DNA of 64,000 nt, taken from NCBI GenBank assembly GCA_965660685.1, contig CBFIAX010000013.1, positions 937 through 64,936 on the forward strand. The letters are read 5' to 3'. Origin of the DNA: Yoonia sp. Lineage in GTDB: Bacteria > Pseudomonadota > Alphaproteobacteria > Rhodobacterales > Rhodobacteraceae. The notes beneath the pieces are model-generated. The model saw only the letters and a program-made list of their open reading frames with translations. It did not search any database and was not told where the DNA came from. Shown piece by piece: positions 46,518 to 55,353 of this stretch. The first letter of the stretch is position 1; each line of letters opens with the position of its first letter. The translations under genes and the position numbers were made by a program.

Positions 46518-47417
46518 ATGCGCATCATTTTCATGGGAACGCCCGATTTTTCGGTGCCGGTTTTGGATGCATTGTTGGATGCGGGCCATGACGTGGTTGC
46601 TGTTTATTCCCAGCCGCCCCGCCCTGCAGGGCGCGGCAAGAAGGATCGCCCAAGCCCTGTACAAGCGCGGGCGGAGGAATTGGGTTTAGAGGTGCGTCAT
46701 CCTGTATCTTTGAAGGGTGAGGAGGCGCAGGCTGAGTTTGCTGCGTTGAATGCTGATGTCGCGGTTGTCGTTGCTTATGGTTTGATTTTGCCACAAGTTG
46801 TCTTGGATGCTCCGCGTTTGGGCTGCTTGAATATCCATGCGTCGTTGTTACCACGCTGGCGCGGGGCCGCCCCCATTCACCGTGCGATTATGGCGGGGGA
46901 TGCGCAAACCGGTGTTTGCATCATGCAGATGGAGGCCGGTTTGGACACGGGCCCCGTATTGTTAGAGCAAACCATCGCGATTGGCGAAGAAGAGACCACG
47001 GGCGCGTTACACGACCGACTGTCACAGCTCGGTGCGGAATTGATTGTCAGAGCATTGGCCGCACCCGAAACTGCGTTACCTCGGGTGCAACCCGAGGCCG
47101 GTGTGACATATGCGTCCAAAATCGACAAAGCAGAAGCACGGGTGGAGTGGTCGAAACCTGCCGTGGAGGTGGACCGTCTTATCCGCGGTTTGTCGCCGTT
47201 TCCGGGCGCCTGGTGCATGGTCGGCGACGAGCGGGTCAAGCTGCTTGGGTCGCGCTTGGCCGAAGGGCAGGGCGATGCGGGTGCAGTCTTGGACGGGTTT
47301 ACCATTGCCTGTGGCGATGGTGCGGTCACCGTCACGCGCGCCCAACGAGCGGGTAAGAAAGCGATGCCAGCTGCGCAGGCTTTGCTTGGTTTGGACCTCG
47401 GGGACCGCCTATCCTAG
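46518..47417 (+). CDS. fmt: methionyl-tRNA formyltransferase
   Basis: [52 protein letters not shown]. Confidence 0.97.
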   Translation: MRIIFMGTPDFSVPVLDALLDAGHDVVAVYSQPPRPAGRGKKDRPSPVQARAEELGLEVRHPVSLKGEEAQAEFAALNADVAVVVAYGLILPQVVLDAPRLGCLNIHASLLPRWRGAAPIHRAIMAGDAQTGVCIMQMEAGLDTGPVLLEQTIAIGEEETTGALHDRLSQLGAELIVRALAAPETALPRVQPEAGVTYASKIDKAEARVEWSKPAVEVDRLIRGLSPFPGAWCMVGDERVKLLGSRLAEGQGDAGAVLDGFTIACGDGAVTVTRAQRAGKKAMPAAQALLGLDLGDRLS

Positions 47418-48320
47418 GCTGCTGATCCGGTCCATCATCGCATTGACGGCCCATTCTGCATCGCAGTCCAACGCGATAGCGATAGGCTTGCGTGTAGCGT
47501 CGGCTCGGGTCGCACCGATTTCGTCGCCGAACTGTGTGACGGTGATCCCTGCATATTCAAACGTGAATTTTTCAGGGTTTGTGCAGGCAAGAACAGCAAG
47601 CGCGTCGTGCATCGGGCAGCCGTTTGTCACGCCAACAGAGCGGTAGAATTCCAAATAGAATTGCGAAATGCGGTCTAAGAACCCGCCTACCTTTGGCGCG
47701 TTTTGCGCGAGCGTGCTGAAATCATCTGGCGTCAACAGCGTTTTCATCGTGGCATCCAACCCGACCATAGTGATCGCTAGGTCAGAGCCGAAAACAACAT
47801 CTGCGGCAGCTGGGTCATGGATGATATTGGCTTCCGCAAACGGGGTCACGTTGCCCGGGTTTTTGTATGCACCGCCCATGATGACAAGCGACTTCACATT
47901 GGTTGCAAAGGCCGGATCGCGTTTGATTGCGTCGGCGATATTCGTCAATGGTCCAATGGCGCAAATCGTCACCTCACCGGCGTGTTCATTTGCCATGTCA
48001 CACAGGAAAGCCGCCGCATCGCGTGGATCGTTTGTGCCGATCTGTGGTATGTCGGCGATGTCACCCAACCCTTCGGGGCCATGCACATAGTCTGATGGTG
48101 CATAAGTTTCGGCCCCGTATGGCAATGCTGCGCCTTCGGCCACGGGGACCGACATGCCGAACAAGTCGCACAGATAGCGGGCGTTCCGGCTTGATTGAGT
48201 CACAAATGTATTGCCGAAAATTGCAGTCATGCCGATCAAATCAACGTCGCGCATGGCATGGGCCAAAGCGATGGCAATCGCGTCGTCGACGCCTGGGTCT
48301 GTGTCGATTATCAGCTTCAT
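47409..48320 (-). CDS. nucleoside hydrolase
   Basis: [38 protein letters not shown]. Confidence 0.93.
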   Translation of the reverse strand: MKLIIDTDPGVDDAIAIALAHAMRDVDLIGMTAIFGNTFVTQSSRNARYLCDLFGMSVPVAEGAALPYGAETYAPSDYVHGPEGLGDIADIPQIGTNDPRDAAAFLCDMANEHAGEVTICAIGPLTNIADAIKRDPAFATNVKSLVIMGGAYKNPGNVTPFAEANIIHDPAAADVVFGSDLAITMVGLDATMKTLLTPDDFSTLAQNAPKVGGFLDRISQFYLEFYRSVGVTNGCPMHDALAVLACTNPEKFTFEYAGITVTQFGDEIGATRADATRKPIAIALDCDAEWAVNAMMDRISSLG

Positions 48321-48324
48321 AGGG

Positions 48325-48954
48325 TTATCTCATCGGGTCGAATTGGGCGTCGGTCATCGTGCAGTCGCGGATAACGTCGCCCCCGCAATCACGAAATTCC
48401 AAATCGCGTGTCAGGCAGATGCGCGCCTCTTGGATGAAGCCCTGCTTGCAAGTCACGGTGATGCCGTCGGCGGATAGGTCTTCGTTTTCCTTTAGGAAAG
48501 CTTGTTCGATTAGGGATGCGGGCAGGGTCACGGTTTTGGACAGCTTTCGAAATACCTCTGGGCGGGTTACACGGCTATAGGCCTCGCGCGATAGGGCGTA
48601 ATAGTCAGCAGAGCTGATCCCCGCACAGACACCGTGTTTTTTCCATTGATGCCATGCCAAACCTGACGTGCCCATAATATCTGCCATGTCGCTGGTTTGG
48701 CTGCGTGAAGGTTGACGGAATTGGGTCCGGCAATTGGCTGGATAGCCCCATTCATTCTGTGGCCAAAGCCCATGTAAAATCCAGCCATGGTCTGTTGTTT
48801 CATCGCATTGCGGGGATTGGCGCGCGTCGCCTTCAAGCGCGCACCAATTGGCCGACCAAGACAGGGACATGACGTAATAGTCAAACTCACCAGCACGATC
48901 TTCGGCAATGGCAGGGTTGGAGAGCAACAACAGCACGGCAAACAGGCGAAACAT
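48325..48954 (-). CDS. ribonuclease T2 family protein (exported)
   Basis: Signal peptide MFRLFAVLLL; FDYYVMSLSWS, ILHGLWP, WHQWKKHGVC; start trimmed from the ORF track. Confidence 0.92.
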   Translation of the reverse strand: MFRLFAVLLLLSNPAIAEDRAGEFDYYVMSLSWSANWCALEGDARQSPQCDETTDHGWILHGLWPQNEWGYPANCRTQFRQPSRSQTSDMADIMGTSGLAWHQWKKHGVCAGISSADYYALSREAYSRVTRPEVFRKLSKTVTLPASLIEQAFLKENEDLSADGITVTCKQGFIQEARICLTRDLEFRDCGGDVIRDCTMTDAQFDPMR

Positions 48955-49089
48955 TTTGATCTTTCCTAAATGGGTTCGCCCCTTTATAAGGTTTCCAAGT
49001 TCCCCGACAATGCGAACCCGGCCGAAACTTCGGTCAGCCCAGATTGAGGGCACAGGATAGCTTTGTCTGATGACATAAGGAGACATGAG

Positions 49090-49854
49090 ATGTCGAACAC
49101 ACCTATCATGGCGAAAGCCACGGCCGTCTGGCTTTGCGATAATACCACGATGACTTTCCTGCAGATCGCTGATTTCTGCAGCCTGCACGAGTTGGAAGTG
49201 CAAGGCATTGCCGATGGCGATGTGGCGACAGGCGTAAAGGGTTTTGATCCGATCGCAAATAAGCAGTTGGTTCAGGAAGAAATTGACAAGGCTGAAGCCG
49301 ACCCAAAATACCGCATGAAGCTGTTGTTTAACCCTGCATCTGCGGGCGAAGAAAAGCGTCGTGGCCCACGCTATACGCCACTGTCCAAGCGTCAGGATCG
49401 TCCTGCGTCGATCTATTGGCTGGTGAAATTCCACCCAGAGCTGTCCGATGGTCAGGTGTCCAAGCTTGTTGGCACAACGAAGCCGACAATTCAGGCGATC
49501 CGTGAGCGCACCCATTGGAACATTCAGAACATCGACCCGATTGATCCGGTTGCTTTGGGCCTGTGTAAGCAGTCTGAACTGGACGCGGCTGTTCAAAAAG
49601 CAAACGCCAAGAAAGCCAAAGAAGGCGGTGTGATGTCCGATGACGAGCGTCGTAAATTGGTCAGCACTGAACAGTCCCTTGGCATGCCAGCGGAACCGAA
49701 AATGCCAAGCGCAATGGCCGGTTTGGAAACGTTCAGCCTTGCCGATCCACGCGACGAGGATTTGGAAACCAAATCTGACAGCTTGGATGTGACTGACGCA
49801 GACAGCTTCTTTAACCTGCCTGATGATGTGGATGGGGATGATGACGACAAATAA
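49090..49854 (+). CDS. DUF1013 family protein (TrcR-like)
   Basis: PIMAKATAVWL.DNT..TF.QIADFC.LHELEVQGIADG, GPRYTPLSKRQDRP, IRERTHWN. Confidence 0.9.
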   Translation: MSNTPIMAKATAVWLCDNTTMTFLQIADFCSLHELEVQGIADGDVATGVKGFDPIANKQLVQEEIDKAEADPKYRMKLLFNPASAGEEKRRGPRYTPLSKRQDRPASIYWLVKFHPELSDGQVSKLVGTTKPTIQAIRERTHWNIQNIDPIDPVALGLCKQSELDAAVQKANAKKAKEGGVMSDDERRKLVSTEQSLGMPAEPKMPSAMAGLETFSLADPRDEDLETKSDSLDVTDADSFFNLPDDVDGDDDDK

Positions 49855-49874
49855 GCTGTCGCTTTATTGAAAAT

Positions 49875-49913
49875 AAAAACGCCGCCTTGGTTTGATCCCA
49901 AGGCGGCGTTTTT
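49875..49913. terminator. bidirectional intrinsic terminator
   Basis: AAAAACGCCGCCTTGG-N7-CCAAGGCGGCGTTTTT between convergent genes. Confidence 0.88.
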
Positions 49914-52900
49914 TATTCTGCTGGCATCGCATCCATTTTAGCGGCCCGTTTGGCTGCACGTCGTTCTTTGCGCGCCTTGCGGTTGGCCGATATATTTTCG
50001 CCAAATATCAACATTGCAGGTGTTACGATCAGGGTAAGCACCATGGTGATCACAACGCCCCCCGCAATCGCGCTAGACAGTTCTGTCCACCACTGGGTTG
50101 ACGGCGCGCCATAGACGATTTCGCGGGTAAAGAAGTTGATGTTCAACCCAATCACCATCGGCATCAAGCCGAGCGCCGTCGTGATCGACGTCAAGAACAC
50201 AGGGCGCAAACGCTGTGCCCCACTGCGCAATGCCGCCTCTAGCGGAGGTTTTCCGGCCTTTTTCAAATCATTGTAGGTGTCGATCAGAACGATGTTGTTG
50301 TTCACCACGATACCCGCAAGCGCGATCACACCGATGCCGCCCATCACGATCCCGAACGGGCGACCCGTGATGATCAGCCCGATCAACACACCGCCGATGG
50401 AAAAGATTATCGCTGACATGACCACAAAGGCTTGGTAGAAGTTGTTGAACTGCGTCAACAAGATCACGAACATCAACAAGATCGCAGAGGCAAACGCGCC
50501 GCCAAGGAAGGCCATGGTTTCGGCCTGATCTTCGGCCTCGCCGCCGAATGACCATGTGACGTCATCGGGCATGTCCATGTTTTCCAATGCCGTGCGCAAT
50601 TCCACGATTTTTTCGTTCACGTTCAAATCAGGTGCCACATTGGAATCGATTGTGACCACGCGTTCTTGGTTCACGCGGTTGATCGTGCCGGTGCGTGGCG
50701 CGGGTTCAAAGGTGACAAAGTTGGTGATCGGAACAAGGCCGGTATTGGTGGGCACACGCAGGCTTTCGAGTTCCTCCAAAGTCCGGTCTTGGGACGGGAA
50801 GCGGACGCGGATGTCCACGGACCCATCCACATCGTCGGGGCGGTAGTCTGCCACTGTGATGCCTTGGGTCAGGAGCTGCACGGCTTGGCCCAGTAAAGAC
50901 ACATCAGCGCCAAAGCGCGCAGCCTCGGACCGGTCAACGCGCAGGCGCCATTCAACGCCGGGCAGGGGGCGTGTGTCGGTCACGTCGGTGAACCCGCCAA
51001 TGTCGCCCATTAGGTCCAATACGCGACCGGTAACGTCGGCGCGGCCCACGTTATCATTAGAAATAATTTTGACGTTAATCGGCTTGCCAGCGGCAGGGCC
51101 ACCAGCGGCGATTTCAACCTGCACATCAATGCCCGCAATGTCGGCCATAGACGCACGGATGTCTTCGGTGATGACGTCGGCCTTGCGGCGTGTGTCCCAT
51201 TCGGTCAGCTCTAGCTGGATGGTGCCGATGATTTCAGCGTCTTCGTTCTGGGCCGCGACAGAGCGGGCGTAAACCGATGCAATTGCGGGGTCATTGAATA
51301 GGCGTTCTTCGACCAAGCGCACCAAAGCGTCGCGTTCGTAAATAGAGAAGTTATCGCGCGCGCGCACCTGCACCTGCATGAAATCAGGTTCTTGTTCCGG
51401 AAAGAAGGTGACCCCATTGCCGAATTTTCCATACAATTGGAAGCCACTCAACAGCATCACCAGGGCCAGAACCATTGTCACGCCGGGTCGTAGGATCGCC
51501 CAATTGAGTAGACGGGCGTAGAACCCGATCATGCCAGGCAATACGCGCGGATCGCCTTCTTCGGTTTCATAAAACGTCGCCTTGTCACGCGATGACAATG
51601 GGCGCTTTTTTCCGATAATTCCGCCGGTCACAGGAATAAAGATCAAGGCCATGAACAGCGACGCACCAAGTGTTAAAATCACGGTGATCGGCAGGAATTT
51701 CATGAATTCGCCGACCATGCCGCTCCAGAACAGCAGTGGGAAGAACACCGACAATGTGGTGAGGGTCGAGGCGATGATCGGCCATGACATCCGCTTGGCC
51801 GCGTCAGCGAATGCGGTTTTCGGGTCGGCCCCTTCTTGCAGGTTCCGGTCGGCCAGTTCCACGGTCACAATCGCGCCGTCGACCAACATGCCAACGACCA
51901 AGATCAGCGAGAACAGCACGATGATATTCATCGTATAACCCATGAACCAAAGCGCCGCGACGCCAGTCAAAAACGCACCGGGGATCGCGAGACCAACAAG
52001 CAGGGCAGACCGCAGGCCAAGCGCCCAAACGATGACGATCATCACCAGCAAAATCGCGGCGATCACGTTTGCCTCGAGATCGGCAAGCATGGATTTCACT
52101 TGTTTGGATTCGTCCTGCAAATAGTTGATTTTTACAGTGTCGGGCCAGCTGGCCTGCGCCTTGGCAATCACTTCTTTGGCTTCGGCGACAGTATCAATGA
52201 CGTTCGCGCCTGACCGCTTCTTGATCTCGAGAGCGAGGGCCGGTTGGCCGTTAATGCGGGCAAAGCTGGTGGGGTCTTCGAACGTACGGCGGATGGTGGC
52301 CAATTCAGCGAATGTGACAACGGTATCGCCGCGCACTTTCACCGGCATTTCCATCACGTCGCTAATGTCTTCGATCAGGCCCGGCACCTTCAGCACAACA
52401 CGCCCTGCGCCGGATTCAATCGCACCTGCCGCGATCAGGCGGTTGTTGCGGCTGATTTGGCCGATCAACTCATCGAATGAAATATTGTATGTCTCAAAAA
52501 CAGTTGGATCGAGCAGGATTTCCAATAGCTCTGTGCGGGACCCGCCCACGTCGACTTCTAATACGCCGGACAACGCCTCGAGGTCGTCTTGCAGATCAGT
52601 GGCGAGGTCGTTCAATGTGCGTTCTGGCACGGGACCGGACAGAATTGTGGTCAAGATCGGAAACAGGCCTGTGTTGATTTCAAACACGCCGGGGTCGCGC
52701 GCATCATCAGGCAGGTTTGCCTTGGCGCGGTCGACCGCTTCACGGACCTTGTCGATGGACTCGTCCACATCGCCACCCGGTTCGAATTCGAGCTGCACGT
52801 TGCCAAACCCTTCGCCCGCGTGGGACGTCATGGTTTTTAGGCCGGTCAGGGATCCGAGTTCGGTTTCCAACGGCTCGATTAACAAGCGTTCGCTGTCTTC

Positions 52901-53071
52901 GGGAGAGATGCCGTCGATGCCGGTGGACACATAGGCGATAGGGATCGAAATTTCCGGTGTGCTTTCCTTGGGGATGCTGGAATAGGCAATCGCGCCAATG
53001 GTCAAAATGGCGACGAACAAGAGGAATACTACGCGGGTTCGCGAAAACGCGGCGTCGATCAGGGCGTTCAT
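49913..53071 (-). CDS. RND efflux transporter permease (AcrB/AcrD/AcrF family)
   Basis: About 1050 aa; GMLVDGAIV, STLTTL.VF.PL, GIVVNNNIVLID, RLRPV.LTS.TT. Confidence 0.95.
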   Translation of the reverse strand: MNALIDAAFSRTRVVFLLFVAILTIGAIAYSSIPKESTPEISIPIAYVSTGIDGISPEDSERLLIEPLETELGSLTGLKTMTSHAGEGFGNVQLEFEPGGDVDESIDKVREAVDRAKANLPDDARDPGVFEINTGLFPILTTILSGPVPERTLNDLATDLQDDLEALSGVLEVDVGGSRTELLEILLDPTVFETYNISFDELIGQISRNNRLIAAGAIESGAGRVVLKVPGLIEDISDVMEMPVKVRGDTVVTFAELATIRRTFEDPTSFARINGQPALALEIKKRSGANVIDTVAEAKEVIAKAQASWPDTVKINYLQDESKQVKSMLADLEANVIAAILLVMIVIVWALGLRSALLVGLAIPGAFLTGVAALWFMGYTMNIIVLFSLILVVGMLVDGAIVTVELADRNLQEGADPKTAFADAAKRMSWPIIASTLTTLSVFFPLLFWSGMVGEFMKFLPITVILTLGASLFMALIFIPVTGGIIGKKRPLSSRDKATFYETEEGDPRVLPGMIGFYARLLNWAILRPGVTMVLALVMLLSGFQLYGKFGNGVTFFPEQEPDFMQVQVRARDNFSIYERDALVRLVEERLFNDPAIASVYARSVAAQNEDAEIIGTIQLELTEWDTRRKADVITEDIRASMADIAGIDVQVEIAAGGPAAGKPINVKIISNDNVGRADVTGRVLDLMGDIGGFTDVTDTRPLPGVEWRLRVDRSEAARFGADVSLLGQAVQLLTQGITVADYRPDDVDGSVDIRVRFPSQDRTLEELESLRVPTNTGLVPITNFVTFEPAPRTGTINRVNQERVVTIDSNVAPDLNVNEKIVELRTALENMDMPDDVTWSFGGEAEDQAETMAFLGGAFASAILLMFVILLTQFNNFYQAFVVMSAIIFSIGGVLIGLIITGRPFGIVMGGIGVIALAGIVVNNNIVLIDTYNDLKKAGKPPLEAALRSGAQRLRPVFLTSITTALGLMPMVIGLNINFFTREIVYGAPSTQWWTELSSAIAGGVVITMVLTLIVTPAMLIFGENISANRKARKERRAAKRAAKMDAMPAE

Positions 53072-54204
53072 TCGGATGCCTCCGCTGTTAACGTGACCTC
53101 TGATTGTGGGTCCACGACTTGGCCGTCGTTCACATACCCTTGGCCAATAGTGATGATGTTCACCTGTTCGGGCAGGCCGCTGACCCAAATGCCGTCGGTC
53201 TGGGCGCGCTCGATTACGACTTCTGTAAAGACGACCGTGTCATTGTCGTCGACAGTCTTAATCCCCAAGGCCCCGCTCGCGCCAAGGGACAAGGTCGCTG
53301 GCGACATGAAATGGGCGACTGTTTCGCCGGTTGGAATGCGAATTTCGGCGCTTACACCAGCAGGCACGGCGCCATTTTCATTTTCGACGGATATTTCCGC
53401 AAGGAAGGTCCGTGTTGCGGAATCCGCGCTGGTGCCAATGAATGTCACAACCCCCTCGCGTTCTTCACCAGTGATGAAGCTCACCTCGGCCGCTTGACCC
53501 TGTTTGAGGTTGCGCAAAGACTGCTGTGGCACTTGGATCGTGACGCTTAGCGGTGTGTTGTCGACGATCAGGCCGACCTGAGACCCGGCGGATACGAATT
53601 CGCCAGCGTTCAGCGATAGATCTTCGAGCCGACCCGCGAAAGGGGCGGTGATTTCGGAATTGCCAAGGCTTTCTTCGGCATTAATCACAGCTGCATTTGC
53701 ATTTGCTAAGGCGGCACGTGTCGCGCTCAAACGGTCATTGGTGGCAACCCCGCGTTCGACGAGCTTTTCAGCGTTGTCAAATTCACGCTGTGCGCGGCTC
53801 AGCTCTTCTTTCGCACGGGCGAGATCGGCATCTGCGCGGGTGACGTCAAAACGGGCGATCAACTGGCCCGTGCCGACTGTATCGCCTTTTGCCACGAAAA
53901 CTTCCGCGATTTGGCCGGTCGATTCGGCGCGGATGGATGTCGTGCGGTCTGGCACCGCTTGCCCTTCGGCGACGAAATACTGTGTGACAACTTCGGATTG
54001 CGAAGGCACCACCGCAACAGACGTCAGCCGCGCGGACGAGGCGGCGGGTGTTTCGGTTACTTCAGCCTCTGCATCGCTAAGAATGAACCCGCTGCCCATC
54101 CAACCGACAACCGCGAGGATCAGGATGCCCGCGACCCAACGAGACCGTGTCGCACCCCGTTCAGTTGTGAAGCTTAGGGTTGTTTGAGCAGGTTGATTTG
54201 CCAT
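53068..54204 (-). CDS. RND efflux periplasmic adaptor subunit
   Basis: N-terminal TM helix, lipoyl/hairpin region, I.APFAG, AD.ATRTF, TIGQGYV..G. Confidence 0.92.
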   Translation of the reverse strand: MANQPAQTTLSFTTERGATRSRWVAGILILAVVGWMGSGFILSDAEAEVTETPAASSARLTSVAVVPSQSEVVTQYFVAEGQAVPDRTTSIRAESTGQIAEVFVAKGDTVGTGQLIARFDVTRADADLARAKEELSRAQREFDNAEKLVERGVATNDRLSATRAALANANAAVINAEESLGNSEITAPFAGRLEDLSLNAGEFVSAGSQVGLIVDNTPLSVTIQVPQQSLRNLKQGQAAEVSFITGEEREGVVTFIGTSADSATRTFLAEISVENENGAVPAGVSAEIRIPTGETVAHFMSPATLSLGASGALGIKTVDDNDTVVFTEVVIERAQTDGIWVSGLPEQVNIITIGQGYVNDGQVVDPQSEVTLTAEASE

Positions 54205-54289
54205 GGGACTCTCCGCACGTGGGACCACGCGATATTTGGTATATGCTATGTTAATGCTTACATAAGGAGAAATATCCCCAATTCCAGTG

Positions 54290-54877
54290 TCAAATGGCTT
54301 TGCGGGCGCTCAAAGCGGCAGTAATTGTGCCATCGTCAAGATAATCGAGCTCTCCACCGACGGGAACGCCTTGAGCCAACGATGTGACGATGACATCTGG
54401 AAGCTGATCAGCGATGTAATGCGCGGTCGTTTGGCCGTCGATTGTTGCACCAAGTGCTAGGATAACTTCGGTAATGGATTCTGACCTGATCCGATCTAAG
54501 AGCTTGGGAATACGTAGTTCTTCGGGGCCAACCGCATCTAATGCCGACAGGGTCCCGCCAAGGACGTGATAGCGCCCGTTGAAAACGCCGGACCGTTCCA
54601 TGGCCCAAAGGTCGGCCACGTCTTCGACAACGCAAACTTGTCCAATGTCGCGTTTGGGTGCGGTGCAAATGTCGCAGACATCAGTTGTCCCAATGTTCCC
54701 GCAATTGAGGCATTCGCGCGCTGATGCACCGACCTTGTGCATTGCTTCGGCCAAAGGAATCAGTACGTGGCTGCGTTTCTTGATCAAATGCAGCACCGCG
54801 CGGCGGGCCGAGCGGGGGCCGAGCCCGGGGAGCTTTGCCAAAAGCGCGATCAAATTGTCGAGGTCTTGGGTGCTCAT
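54290..54877 (-). CDS. recR: recombination mediator RecR
   Basis: [12 protein letters not shown]4 zinc finger, [24 protein letters not shown]. Confidence 0.97.
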   Translation of the reverse strand: MSTQDLDNLIALLAKLPGLGPRSARRAVLHLIKKRSHVLIPLAEAMHKVGASARECLNCGNIGTTDVCDICTAPKRDIGQVCVVEDVADLWAMERSGVFNGRYHVLGGTLSALDAVGPEELRIPKLLDRIRSESITEVILALGATIDGQTTAHYIADQLPDVIVTSLAQGVPVGGELDYLDDGTITAALSARKAI

Positions 54878-54906
54878 CCGAACGCGGCCCCTTGCAGAGG
54901 CCACGT

Positions 54907-54939
54907 GCCTCCGGCGGAGGTATTTAGGGCCAGAAGAAG
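54907..54939 (+). repeat. dispersed GCCTCCGGCGG repeat, subfamily A
   Basis: GCCTCCGGCGGAGGTATTTAGGGCCAGAAGAAG, between ybaB and recR. Confidence 0.9.
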
Positions 54940-54950
54940 CAGTATGTTCG

Positions 54951-55295
54951 TCAAAACGGCAGGTTCATGCCTGCAGGCAGACCCATTTCGGATGCGATTT
55001 TTTGCATTTCTTCGGCGGCGCGTTCAGATGCTTTTTGTTGGGCATCTTTGATCGCGGCGAGGATCAGATCTTCGACGACTTCTTTGTCATCGCCGTTGAA
55101 AATGGACGGGTCGATGTCGAGTGCTTTCAACTCGCCCTTGGCGGTTGCCGTTGCTTTCACAAGGCCCGCGCCGGATTGCCCTTCGACCATGATGTTTTGC
55201 ATGTCGTCTTGCATTTGGGCCATTTTGCCCTGCATGTCTTGCGCCTGTTTCATCATCTTGGCCATGTCGCCAAGCCCGCCTAATCCTTTGAGCAT
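54951..55295 (-). CDS. YbaB/EbfC nucleoid-associated protein
   Basis: [26 protein letters not shown]; lies between dnaX and recR. Confidence 0.95.
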   Translation of the reverse strand: MLKGLGGLGDMAKMMKQAQDMQGKMAQMQDDMQNIMVEGQSGAGLVKATATAKGELKALDIDPSIFNGDDKEVVEDLILAAIKDAQQKASERAAEEMQKIASEMGLPAGMNLPF

Positions 55296-55353
55296 TTCAC
55301 TCTCCTTGTGTGTCGTTGGCCGCAAGATATGGGCGCGCGTGCCCAATCACAAG

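Noticed and set aside
48955-49596. N-terminal 213-aa extension of the RNase T2 ORF in the track
   Set aside because: It overlaps the DUF1013 gene on the opposite strand; the signal peptide indicates a start at 48954.
12306-54939. GCCTCCGGCGG repeats as a CRISPR array
   Set aside because: Copies are kilobases apart, in both orientations, with no spacer periodicity and no cas genes.
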